Shown here: piece by piece, positions 55,211 through 64,000 of the stretch
Layout of the letters: the number at the start of each line of letters is the position of its first letter
Numbering within the stretch: position 1 is the first letter of the stretch
Source of the DNA: Nannocystis bainbridge
GTDB taxonomy: Bacteria; Myxococcota_A; Polyangia; Nannocystales; Nannocystaceae
DNA: 64,000 bases
Reading direction: 5' to 3'
Assembly (NCBI RefSeq): GCF_028368995.1
Contig: NZ_JAQNDL010000001.1
Coordinates: 3,584,001 to 3,648,000 of the forward strand
Program-made: the position numbers and the translations under genes
The notes under the pieces: model-generated
Seen by the model: only the letters and a program-made list of their open reading frames with translations
The model's database searches: none
Told to the model about the DNA's origin: nothing

Positions 55211-56098
55211 ATGCAGCCGGTCGTCGGAGGGTTCACCAGCGAGGCCGGGCGCGCCGCCTTCATGCGCGCCCACGACGAGGCCATGCGGTGCCTGCCCGCG
55301 CCCGAGGCCAGCTTCGAGGTCGCCACCAGCTTCGGCACCGTGCGCGCCTGGCGGTTCGCCGGGCCGGGCGACACCCCGCTCGTGCTGCTGCCGGGCAAGG
55401 CCTCGAGCACCCCGCTGTGGGCCGGCAACCTGCCGGGCCTGCAGGCGCTCGCCCCGGTCGTCGCCCTCGACCTGCTCGGCGAGCCGGGCCGTTCGGTGCA
55501 GACGCGACCGATCACCACCGCCTCCGAGCAGGCCCAGTGGCTCGACGAGGCGCTGGCCGGCCTCGGCATCGCCCGCGCGCACGTGCTCGGGGTCTCGTTC
55601 GGCGGCTGGTCGGCGGTCAACCTGGCGATCCACCGCCCGCAGCGGGTCGCCTCGGTGATCGCCCTCGACCCCGCGCTCACGTTCGGGCCGATCGGCGCCA
55701 AGGTGGTGCTGTTCTCGGTGCTGGCCCTGCCGTTCATGCCCCGGCGCGTGCGGAGCTTCGCGCTGTCGTGGATCGCCGGCGGCGCGCGGACGGCCGAAGA
55801 CAGCGCCGAGGGCCGCCTCATCGAGGTCGGCATGCGCGTTTACAAGTCGCGCCTGCCGATGCCCACCTATCCGACCGACGCCTCGCTGCGATCGGTGACC
55901 GTGCCCGCGCTGGTCGTGATCGCCGGACGCAGCATCATTCACGATCCGCCGCGCGCCGCCGCCCGCGCCCGTCTGCTCCCGCGGGCGCAGGTCGAGCTGT
56001 GGCCCGACGCCTCGCACGCGCTCACCGGCGAGTATCCTGAACGCATCGCCCTGGCCGTCGCTGGCTTTCTCGCCCGACAGTCGGCCGGCGCGCCGTGA
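55211..56098 (+). CDS. Alpha/beta hydrolase (carboxylesterase-like)
   Basis: PLVLLPG, DLLGEPGRS, GVSFGG nucleophile elbow, ASH. Confidence 0.92.
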   Translation: MQPVVGGFTSEAGRAAFMRAHDEAMRCLPAPEASFEVATSFGTVRAWRFAGPGDTPLVLLPGKASSTPLWAGNLPGLQALAPVVALDLLGEPGRSVQTRPITTASEQAQWLDEALAGLGIARAHVLGVSFGGWSAVNLAIHRPQRVASVIALDPALTFGPIGAKVVLFSVLALPFMPRRVRSFALSWIAGGARTAEDSAEGRLIEVGMRVYKSRLPMPTYPTDASLRSVTVPALVVIAGRSIIHDPPRAAARARLLPRAQVELWPDASHALTGEYPERIALAVAGFLARQSAGAP

Positions 56099-56267
56099 CG
56101 AACACGGCCAATTCGCCGGCGTACGGCGGCGGCGAGGCCGGCGAATGTCACGAGGCGCGAATACGACGAGCGCCGCGACGCCGACGTCCTCGGCCGCGAG
56201 CATCCACGATAGTGAATCACGGCACCGCGTTGTCGTGGCTGGCGGCGCTTGATACGGTGATGGTGCT

Positions 56268-56813
56268 TTGGACTGGACCGCCTCTGTTCTCGTGTTCGCG
56301 CTCGCGGGCGCCGCCCCGACGGTGAAGGACAGCGGCCAGACGGCGCCGGGGACGGAGGTCGTGCGGGTCAAGCGGGACTTCGGCAAGCCGCACTTCGACC
56401 TGGCGATCGACGCGTGGGTGTCGGCCGACGCGACGCGGCTCGACGAGGCCCGGCTGTGGTGGGTCAACACGGCCGAGCAGGACCGGCGCAAGCCGCTCGG
56501 GCCGATGGTCGAGCGCATGGTCAAGCTGCGCTACCACCGGGCCTCGAGCCGCTCGCTGACGGTCACGGTCACCGGCGACGACAAGGAGTTCGCGTTCGTG
56601 CTCGAGCTGGCCGAGTCGGGCCAGCTGCACGCGTTCGTCGCCATCGACACCGAGCAGGGCCGCCACGTCCCGCGCTGCCGCCTCAGCACGGCCCACCTGA
56701 TCGCCCACCGCGTGCTCGGCATGCCGGTCGGCCTCGCCCGCGTCAACGTCACCTGCAGCGACGCCGGCGGCGCGGTCCACAAGGGCACCGTCCGCCACCG
56801 CGAAGTCAGCTGA
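56268..56813 (+). CDS. Hypothetical exported protein
   Basis: Signal-like N-terminus; coding bias; start uncertain. Confidence 0.65.
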   Translation: MDWTASVLVFALAGAAPTVKDSGQTAPGTEVVRVKRDFGKPHFDLAIDAWVSADATRLDEARLWWVNTAEQDRRKPLGPMVERMVKLRYHRASSRSLTVTVTGDDKEFAFVLELAESGQLHAFVAIDTEQGRHVPRCRLSTAHLIAHRVLGMPVGLARVNVTCSDAGGAVHKGTVRHREVS

Positions 56814-56839
56814 CGGCGAAGTTTCTTTGGCAGGATGAA

Positions 56840-56903
56840 CGACATGCCCGTTCGGGCATGTCGTTTGGAGCATGCTCTTCGGAGCATGCTCATAAGGACG
56901 TGC
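56840..56903. repeat. 14-bp-period CATG array
   Basis: CATG at 56843, 56857, 56871, 56885; CGTG at 56899. Confidence 0.9.
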
Positions 56904-57015
56904 GAATCATAGGCCGCGCTCGGCCATGTCGCTACGGGTTCACCGGCTCGCGTCGCGTGACGCAGAACCACGACTGCCGCGCTCTAACCTGTCCTTTCGA
57001 ACATGCCGGCGAATC

Positions 57016-57105
57016 GGCCCGGCTGCGCTCGGACCTGTGCTTTCGAGCATGCCCGCGACCTGGCCCGGCCGCGCTCGGACCTGTGCTTTCGGGCATTCGC
57101 GCGAC
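57016..57105. repeat. 46-bp tandem duplication containing a motif variant
   Basis: ggcccggc(t/c)gcgctcggacctgtgctttcg(a/g)gcat at 57016 and 57062. Confidence 0.8.
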
Positions 57106-57194
57106 GACGAGCGACCGGCCTCGTGCGCGGTCGTGCTCGCCGCGAGCCCTTTGACACCCTTCTGCGCCCGCTGCGGCGCCGGCCCCGGGGAATC

Positions 57195-57235
57195 TAAGTC
57201 ATGCGTTTGACTTAATCAGTCGCACGACTTAGACC
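57195..57235 (+). promoter_or_regulatory. Putative sigma70 promoter overlapped by TetR-type operator palindromes
   Basis: TAAGTCA-N6-TGACTTA (57195-57214), AGTCG-CA-CGACT (57218-57229); TTGACT-17bp-TAGACC. Confidence 0.7.
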
Positions 57236-57254
57236 TGCCGATGCAGAGGTTTTC

Positions 57255-58472
57255 ATGAGCATCGACAGCAGCAGCAGCAGCAACGAGCCGGTCTTGGACT
57301 ATCCCCTCCCTTTGCCCAGCGCCCTCGAGCCGCCCGCGGAGTGGGCCAAGTTGCGGGCGGGCTGCCCGATCGCCCACGTGCGGCTGCCCAGCGGTGACAG
57401 CGCGGTGCTGCTGACCCGCTACCAGGACGTGCGCCAGGTGCTGGCCGACCCGCGGTTCACGCGCCAGCTCGGCAAGGAGGGCGCTGCGCGGATCTCCGAG
57501 GAGCCGGGCGGCGTGTTCGAGAGCCAGGAGGCGGCCTCGCTGACCGAGGGGCACGAGCGCTGGCGGCGGCTGCTGGCCAAGTCGTTCACCGCCAAGCGGG
57601 TGTCGGCGATGCAGCCGCGGATCGAGGCGATGGCCGATCAGCTGATCGACGAGATGGTGCAGCAGGGCGCGCCCGCCGACCTGATGGCGGCGCTGGCGTT
57701 CCCGTTGCCGGTGTGGGTGATCTGCGAGCTGCTGGGGATCCCCAGCATCGACCGCGACAAGCTGGCCCACTGGTCCAACGCGATGCTCAACCTGTCGCAG
57801 TTCACGCGCCAGGAGATGGAGGCGGCCCAGGCCGAGTTCTCGGCGTACATGTCGATGCACATCGCCGCCAAGCGGGCCGCGCCGGGCGAGGACCTGCTGA
57901 GCGAGCTGGTCGCGGCGGTCGACGAGGGCCACCCGCTGACCGAGCTCGAGCTGATGATGATCGGCCAGGGCATCCTGGTCGCCGGCCACGAGACGACCTC
58001 GAACACGATCGCCAAGATGATGGGGATGCTGCTCGGCGACCGCGAGCGCTGGGAGCTGCTGGTCGCCGACCCGTCGCTGGTCCGCACGACGGTCGAGGAG
58101 GCGCTGCGCTTCGACGCCAACGCCGGCTTCGGGCTGCCCCGCTTCATCACCGAGGAGCTCGAGGTGGCGGGCCAGACGCTGCCGCCCGGGACGACGGTGA
58201 TCTGCAGCATGGCGGCGGCCAACCGCGACGAGCAGGCGTTCGAGCGCGCCGACACGATGGACCTGCGCCGCTCGCCCAACGCCCACCTCACGTTCGGCGC
58301 CGGGCCGTACTCGTGCGTCGGCCAGGCGCTGGCGCGGACCGAGCTGCAGACGGTGCTGAACGCGCTGCTGCGCCGTCTGCCGACGCTGGCGCTGGCGGTC
58401 CCGGCCAGCGACCTGGCCCGCCGCGAGGGCCTGCTGATCGGCGGACTCGAGCGGGTTCCAGTACGCTGGTGA
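57255..58472 (+). CDS. Cytochrome P450
   Basis: AGHETT, EEALR, FGAGPYSCVG heme motif. Confidence 0.96.
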   Translation: MSIDSSSSSNEPVLDYPLPLPSALEPPAEWAKLRAGCPIAHVRLPSGDSAVLLTRYQDVRQVLADPRFTRQLGKEGAARISEEPGGVFESQEAASLTEGHERWRRLLAKSFTAKRVSAMQPRIEAMADQLIDEMVQQGAPADLMAALAFPLPVWVICELLGIPSIDRDKLAHWSNAMLNLSQFTRQEMEAAQAEFSAYMSMHIAAKRAAPGEDLLSELVAAVDEGHPLTELELMMIGQGILVAGHETTSNTIAKMMGMLLGDRERWELLVADPSLVRTTVEEALRFDANAGFGLPRFITEELEVAGQTLPPGTTVICSMAAANRDEQAFERADTMDLRRSPNAHLTFGAGPYSCVGQALARTELQTVLNALLRRLPTLALAVPASDLARREGLLIGGLERVPVRW

Positions 58473-58475
58473 CCC

Positions 58476-59126
58476 ATGGCCGGACCACGCACGAGGCAAG
58501 CCCACGCCACCGAGACCCGCGAGCTCATCCTTTCGACGGCGGAGCGCCTGTTCGCCGAACAAGGCGTGGCCGCGGTCTCGAACCGACAGATCAGCGAAGC
58601 GGCCGGCCAGGCCAACAACTTCGCCGTGGGCTACCACTTCGGCACCAAGACCGACCTCGTGCTGGCGATCGTCCGCCGCGATTCACCGTCGATCGAGCGG
58701 CGACGCATGGAGATGCTGGCCGGCCTCCGCGGCTCGCAGACGCTGCGCGACTGGCTGGCCTGCCTGGTCCTGCCGCTCACCGAACACATCGCGTCGCTCG
58801 GCTCGCCGAGCTGGTACGCGCGCTTCATCGCCCAGGCGACGACGGACCCGGCGCTGCGCCAGCTGGTGATCGCGGAGACGGCGGTGTCGCCGTCGATGCG
58901 CGCGGTCACGGAGGGGCTGGAGCGGCTGCTGCCAGTGCTGCCGGCGGACGTGGCAGCAGAGCGCGGCGACATGAGCCGCCACCTGATCGTGCACGTGTGC
59001 GCGGAGCGCGAGCGAGCGCTCCAAGAAGGGGCGACGACGCCGCGCGCGACGTGGGAAGGCGCAGCCGCGGGCCTCATCGATGCGCTGGCAGGGCTGTGGC
59101 AAGCGCCGTTCACACCGACCGATTGA
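58476..59126 (+). CDS. TetR family regulator
   Basis: ILSTAERLFAEQG...SNRQISEAAGQANNFAVGYHFGTK. Confidence 0.93.
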   Translation: MAGPRTRQAHATETRELILSTAERLFAEQGVAAVSNRQISEAAGQANNFAVGYHFGTKTDLVLAIVRRDSPSIERRRMEMLAGLRGSQTLRDWLACLVLPLTEHIASLGSPSWYARFIAQATTDPALRQLVIAETAVSPSMRAVTEGLERLLPVLPADVAAERGDMSRHLIVHVCAERERALQEGATTPRATWEGAAAGLIDALAGLWQAPFTPTD

Positions 59127-59169
59127 AACTGCTTCACCCGAATTTCAAAGAATCGAAGGAGAGCCGACC

Positions 59170-59361
59170 ATGCGCGTGATTGTCGATCTTGAAAAATGCT
59201 GCGGGGCGGGCCAGTGCTGCTTGCTGGCGCCGCGAGTGTTCGATCAACAGGACGACGGGATGGTGATCTTGCTGGACCCGTCGCCGCCGGCAGAGCTGCA
59301 CGCGGCGGTGCGCGAGGCGGCTTGCGTGTGCCCGGGAGCGGCGATCGCCGTCGAGGGGTGA
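59170..59361 (+). CDS. [3Fe-4S]-type ferredoxin
   Basis: CCGAGQC...APRVF...CP; RBS gaaggag. Confidence 0.92.
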   Translation: MRVIVDLEKCCGAGQCCLLAPRVFDQQDDGMVILLDPSPPAELHAAVREAACVCPGAAIAVEG

Positions 59362-59652
59362 GCCATTAATTAAAATCGGTGCACCGCGAGAGCCGGGGCT
59401 CTGCTTCGCGGTGGCTGGGGGCTCTGCTCGCACGTCGGGGCGATTCGCTCACGGAAGCATGGGGAGCGTCTGGCGGGCGGCTCGGGTTCACGGGGTGTTT
59501 GTGACATCCCAGCGATCGCGGCCCCACTTCGCGGCGGCTTGCGTCTGCCCGGGGGCGGCGATCCGCGGCCCATCGGGTAGCTGTCGCTATTTCGGTGTGA
59601 CTTCCATGAAGCGACCGCGTCGAGCAGGAGTGAGCCTGCGCGGCGCGCCGGA

Positions 59653-60645
59653 TCAGGTCTCGAGCAGCCGCTCGCTCAGCTCCCAGAGTCGCCGCGCCGA
59701 CTCTGGATCGATCGCGTGCGACGCGGCCTCGGCGGGGATGCTCTCCGGGGTGAGCGGCCTCGATTCGTCATCGAGGCGCGAGATGTCGTTGTCCTTGAGG
59801 TAGACGCCGCCGATGTCCGCGAGGAGAGGGCTCGTCGCGGCGAACACGATGGTGCTCGCGCCCTGCTGGGCCGTCTTTTTGCCGCGCTCCGGATCGATGA
59901 TGGGGTGGCCCGAGTCGTCGATGAGCCCCATCGCGCGCAGCCCGTCCGCGCCGGCCGCGCTGTTCAGCGTCGTGCCGACGACGACGCCGGGATGCACCGC
60001 GTAGCCGCGGATCCCTTCACCGGCGAAGCGCCGGTCCAGCTCGACGGCGAACAGCACGTTGGCCAATTTCGCCTGCGCGTACGCGGCGAGCGGGTCGTAC
60101 CCCGTCGAGAAGTTCGGGTCGTCCCACCGGATCCGGCCCATCCGTTGCGCTCCTGACGAGACCACCACGACCCTCGCGCCCTTCGCCGCCCGCAGGGCCC
60201 GCAAGAGCCCCAGGGTGAGCTGGAAATGGCCGAGGTGGCTCGTCGAGAGCTGCACTTCGAAGCCACGTGAATCGCGGGTGATCGTCCCGGGAGCCGGCAG
60301 GGCGGCGCTGTTCACGAGGACGTGGAGCGGACGGCGCGATTCGAGCCAGCGGCTGGTGAAGGCGTCGATGGACCGCGGATCGACGAGGTCGAGCTGGCCG
60401 ACCTCGACCCGCTCGATGCCCGCCAGCGCCAGCGCAGCGCGGGCCGGATCGCGCGCGCCCACGGTGACGGACGCGCCGGCCCTGGCCAGCGCCCGCGTCG
60501 TCTCGAGGCCGATCCCGGCGTGGCCCCCCGTGACGATGATGTGCTTGCCGCCGAGCTCGACGCCGGCGAGGACGTCGTCCGCCGTCGCCGCAGCGCCGAA
60601 CCCGCTGCCGATGGGATGCTGCTTGTGATGCATGCGGACCTTCAT
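59653..60645 (-). CDS. Short-chain dehydrogenase/reductase (RDH/WWOX-like)
   Basis: VTGGHAGIG, HLGHFQL, YAQAK, VHPG. Confidence 0.93.
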   Translation of the reverse strand: MKVRMHHKQHPIGSGFGAAATADDVLAGVELGGKHIIVTGGHAGIGLETTRALARAGASVTVGARDPARAALALAGIERVEVGQLDLVDPRSIDAFTSRWLESRRPLHVLVNSAALPAPGTITRDSRGFEVQLSTSHLGHFQLTLGLLRALRAAKGARVVVVSSGAQRMGRIRWDDPNFSTGYDPLAAYAQAKLANVLFAVELDRRFAGEGIRGYAVHPGVVVGTTLNSAAGADGLRAMGLIDDSGHPIIDPERGKKTAQQGASTIVFAATSPLLADIGGVYLKDNDISRLDDESRPLTPESIPAEAASHAIDPESARRLWELSERLLET

Positions 60646-61058
60646 GCCCCTCCTGGCGGCGCCAGGATTGGAAGGACCGGACAAATCCGCGGCTCGCTGG
60701 CACAGCGTCGACCTGATGCGAACCCCGTCACGGCGCGAGATGTCCTTGAGGACAGCCTGGGCGCGCGCTTGCCCAGAGAGGGGCTTCGGGTCAGCCTGCA
60801 ATCGGCGCCGGAGACAGCCCGACGGCCCGGCCTCACGCAGGACGGCGAGTCCCGCGAGCGGCGCGCCCCGCCGGTGAGCCCGCGCCAGAATGGCGAGGCA
60901 CCCCGATCGACGCCATGGCTGGCCGCCGAACAGCCGCCTTCTCGCTTCAATCATGCAGGCCTCTCCGGCCTCATCTCGCATGATTCGGTGCGGCGCGCTG
61001 AGTCGTGTGATTCGAATCGTCAAGACGAGTGACGAGACGTCATTCGTCGTACGAGCGC

Positions 61059-61646
61059 TCACGGGAGCATGGGCAGCCTCTGGCGGGAGGCCCAGGTCCA
61101 CGGGGTATTCGTGGCATCCCATCGATAGCGGCCCCATTTTTTAAAATACGGGTTCTCCTCGCGCCAGGCCGCGTACTCCGGGGCGCGGCCGAAGGTGACG
61201 CCTTCGAACGACCAGGCGTGCGCGAACAATTCGGCGCCGTCGGTGCAGCGCAGGAACACGGCGGCGATCCTGACCTCGCGCAGGGCCTCGTCGTGCTCGG
61301 CGACCAGCTCGAGCGTGGAGATCGCGGCGGGTTCACGCGCGGGATCGAGGAGGAAGCCGTCGGCGTCGAGGATGCACAGGTCTTCGAGGCTGTCGCTATC
61401 GATCGATGCGGGCGGCTCGGGGCGCACGGCTGGGGTCGCGGTCAGGATGCCCTGATGATTGTCGAACCAGACGACGCCTTCGCTGAGCTCGAGCCAGAAC
61501 CCTGCGAGCAGAAACGGCCGGTAGAAGGGCAGCGGGTGGTCGTTGTCGGAGTGACGGAGGCCGAGCACGAGCACGCTGCCGAGCCCCGCGGGCGCGAGCA
61601 CGGCGAGGGTGCGGTCGAGCGGCGCTTCGGCGGACACTTCGTGCAT
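61059..61646 (-). CDS. Hypothetical protein
   Basis: ORF with protein-like composition; no family recognised. Confidence 0.55.
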   Translation of the reverse strand: MHEVSAEAPLDRTLAVLAPAGLGSVLVLGLRHSDNDHPLPFYRPFLLAGFWLELSEGVVWFDNHQGILTATPAVRPEPPASIDSDSLEDLCILDADGFLLDPAREPAAISTLELVAEHDEALREVRIAAVFLRCTDGAELFAHAWSFEGVTFGRAPEYAAWREENPYFKKWGRYRWDATNTPWTWASRQRLPMLP

Positions 61647-61790
61647 CGTAACAGTTCGCCGCGACACGGCGCTCCCGCGGCCTGTTGCGGCCTGCACGAC
61701 GCCGCGCGATCCGTCGCTCGCACCCCGCCATGCCGGTTCGATGTGCGCACCTCGCCGCCTCGATCGCCGCCGGCTCGCGCTTCTCCGTCA

Positions 61791-61876
61791 CCTCGCCGAA
61801 CTCGGCGTGCACCACCCAATCATGCGAGCGCCTCGCCGAGCTCGGCGTGCACCGCCCAGTCACGCGAGCGCCTCGC
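61791..61876. repeat. 40-bp tandem repeat (2.15 copies)
   Basis: cctcgccga(a/g)ctcggcgtgcacc(a/g)ccca(a/g)tca(t/c)gcgagcg x2. Confidence 0.85.
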
Positions 61877-61912
61877 TACGATTGTAAAATTCACCGGTGA
61901 CGACGACGCTCG

Positions 61913-62758
61913 TCACGCGACGCGTTCGACGTCGACGGGCGCGAAGGCGGCGGCCTGGGCGGCGCAGCGGGCCGCGTATTCGCTGGGGGCGCTGCCGATG
62001 AAGGCCTTGAAGTCGCGGATGAAGTGGGCCTGGTCGAAGTAACCGAGCTCGGCGGCCAGGGTCGCGCCGTCGAGGACGCGGCCGGCGGCGAGGCGCTCGG
62101 CGGCTTCGTGGAGGCGGAAGCAGCGGATGACCCACTTGGGGCCGACGCCGACGTAGCGGCGGAACAGCCGCTGCAATGTTCGGGCGGGGATCTGCGCCAG
62201 CTCGGCGAGCTGTTCGACGCGGGCGATCGCCGGGCGGTCGAGGGCGAGCTGGACCACTTCGACCACGCGTTCGACGCTGGGGTCGGGGGCGGGAGCCCGC
62301 GCGCGCAGGAAGGCCTCGACGAGGTCGACCTGGGCGGCGTCGTCGTCGCAGGCGAGCACGGCGGCAGCGAGCTCGTCGGCGACCGGGCCGAACACGTCGC
62401 GCATGGGGACGCTGCGACCTGTGAGCTGGGCCAGCGGGCGCTGCAGGAACGGGAAGAAGGCGCCAGGGCGGAACTTGGTGCCGAACACGCGGCCCTCGCC
62501 GCGCAGCTCGACGCCGGCCCGCCGCGGGGCGCAGCCGTGCAGGGCGGCGCCGTGGGCGGTGATCGCCAGGTTGACGCACGGGTGCGGCAGCGTCTCCTGC
62601 ACGTGCGGCGGGCGGCCGCGCAGGTCCCAGCGCACGGTCCAGTGGCGCTCGACCCACGGCGACAGGTCGTCGGCCGGCAGGTGCCGCGTCAGCGCGAACT
62701 GCCCGCGCGCGGCCTGCGGATGGAGGACCCCTCCCGAGCGCGTGCTGGCGCGGTGCAT
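61913..62758 (-). CDS. AraC family regulator
   Basis: TLPHPCVNL; RTLQRLFRRYVGVGPKW; LGYFDQAHFIRDFK. Confidence 0.93.
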   Translation of the reverse strand: MHRASTRSGGVLHPQAARGQFALTRHLPADDLSPWVERHWTVRWDLRGRPPHVQETLPHPCVNLAITAHGAALHGCAPRRAGVELRGEGRVFGTKFRPGAFFPFLQRPLAQLTGRSVPMRDVFGPVADELAAAVLACDDDAAQVDLVEAFLRARAPAPDPSVERVVEVVQLALDRPAIARVEQLAELAQIPARTLQRLFRRYVGVGPKWVIRCFRLHEAAERLAAGRVLDGATLAAELGYFDQAHFIRDFKAFIGSAPSEYAARCAAQAAAFAPVDVERVA

Positions 62759-62812
62759 CGGCGTGTCGCATTTCTACAATACGCGGCCCGGCCGTGTCAT
62801 GAGGATCGGCGC

Positions 62813-63175
62813 ATGACTCAAGCCACCAAGCACTCCGGCGGATGCCACTGCGGTAAGGTCCGCTACGAAGTCGGCGTCGACCTCGGCCAGCCCATCCTGT
62901 CCTGCAACTGCAGCATCTGCGGCAAGACCGGCAGCCTGCTGGCGTTCGTGCCGAAGAGCGAGTTCCGCCTGACCGCCGGCGACGACCGCCTCACCGACTA
63001 CCAGTTCGCCAGCAAGACCATCCACCACAAGTTCTGCGACACCTGCGGGATCCGCTCGTTCGCCAACGGCGTCGGCCCCGACGGCACCGAGATGATCGCC
63101 GTCAACATCCGCTGCCTCGACGACGTCGACCTCGACGCGCTCACCATCAACAAGTACGACGGCAAGAGCAGCTGA
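62813..63175 (+). CDS. GFA / CENP-V-like aldehyde-activating protein
   Basis: GGCHCG, CNCSIC, FCDTCG, VNIRCL. Confidence 0.93.
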   Translation: MTQATKHSGGCHCGKVRYEVGVDLGQPILSCNCSICGKTGSLLAFVPKSEFRLTAGDDRLTDYQFASKTIHHKFCDTCGIRSFANGVGPDGTEMIAVNIRCLDDVDLDALTINKYDGKSS

Positions 63176-63183
63176 GCCCGATC

Positions 63184-63263
63184 CTACATGTCCTTGTGGG
63201 CATGTTTCTTAAAACATGTCCGAATGGACATTACTCGAAGGGCATGTCTTGAAAGACATGCTC
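63184..63263. repeat. 14-bp-period CATG array
   Basis: CATG at 63187, 63201, 63215, 63243, 63257; CATT at 63229. Confidence 0.92.
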
Positions 63264-63467
63264 ATTGGCCCTGGGACGCTCCGTCCCCCTCGCCATCGCC
63301 GCCGAGTCCCTGAGCGCCGATCCGCTCGCCCGGGCGCGCAGGACGCTGTCTTCCGGAGCTGACGCGTTCGGACGCTCTTGCTCGTCCGTCGCGAGGGTCC
63401 GCACCGAATCCGGACCCTCGCGGCGCGGATGCCGACGGCGAAGGTGCTCTCGCTGCGCGCGCGCCGG

Positions 63468-64000
63468 TCACCGCGGGCGCTCCGCCGCCTCGAGCGTCAC
63501 CGTCTCGCGCCCGCCGGCGCGGGCCAGCTCGAGCGTCACGCTCTGGCCGCGTCGGACGCTCGCGGGCGCCAGCATGCGGGCCGCGTTCTCCGAGTTGGTG
63601 GCGGACACCGACAGCCCGTCGACGCCGACGATCTCGTCGCCGGGCAGCACCCCGGCCTTGTCGGCCGGGCCGTCGATCGTGACCGCCTCGATCCACAGGC
63701 GCTTCGGCGCCTTGGGGTCCTCCTTCTCGGTCAGCGGCGGCGGCTGCTCGCCGAGCGGGCGCGGCCTCGCGGCCTCGGTCGCCCGGCGCGTGCGCAGGCC
63801 GAGCTCACCGCGATCGGCGGCGGCGACCTTGCCGGAGGCGACGCCGTAGATCGTGCCGAGGTCGGCCTCGACGCCGGCGGCCACCGAGAAGTCGGCGCGG
63901 GCGACCGTGCCGCCGTCGGAGAGGTCGCCGTCGAGGAAGTGCAGCTCGCCGGCGCCGGGGCTGACGCTGGCCAGCGCGAAGCGGCCGGTGGCGTCGGTGC
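63468..64000 (-). CDS. C-terminal part of a carboxypeptidase-regulatory-like / PDZ domain protein
   Basis: GPADKAGVLPGDEIVGVDG PDZ signature; ORF runs off the window edge. Confidence 0.8.
   Translation of the reverse strand, partial: TDATGRFALASVSPGAGELHFLDGDLSDGGTVARADFSVAAGVEADLGTIYGVASGKVAAADRGELGLRTRRATEAARPRPLGEQPPPLTEKEDPKAPKRLWIEAVTIDGPADKAGVLPGDEIVGVDGLSVSATNSENAARMLAPASVRRGQSVTLELARAGGRETVTLEAAERPR

Noticed and set aside
56800-63300. Prophage or integrative element
   Set aside because: No integrase, transposase, att repeats or phage genes seen

Overview
Very GC-rich, gene-dense chromosomal segment that looks like a Nannocystis-type myxobacterium. This is an inference from the many Thr-rich/vWA lipoproteins, the TPR Ser/Thr kinase and the codon usage. 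Housekeeping genes: hisS, type-2 ileS, pal-cpoB, murA-hisG, hutU-hutI, hsp20, add and clpB. These are mixed with surface lipoproteins (vWA, FG-GAP, Cys-rich, TPR), signalling genes (STAS+V4R, FHA-PP2C, kinase, MerR, TetR, AraC) and a P450-TetR-ferredoxin cassette. No rRNA, tRNA, CRISPR or transposase was recognised. The most striking unexplained signal is a dispersed family of arrays with a 14-bp period, built from the palindrome RRRCATGYYY plus a 4-bp spacer (TGTCC-N4-GGACA). The arrays sit just after many stop codons and also occur inside genes. An orphan adenine methyltransferase resembling the CATG-specific M.NlaIII/M.HpyI family is translationally coupled to cpoB. A link between the two is a hypothesis only. 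All product calls come from motif recognition by eye, without database searches.
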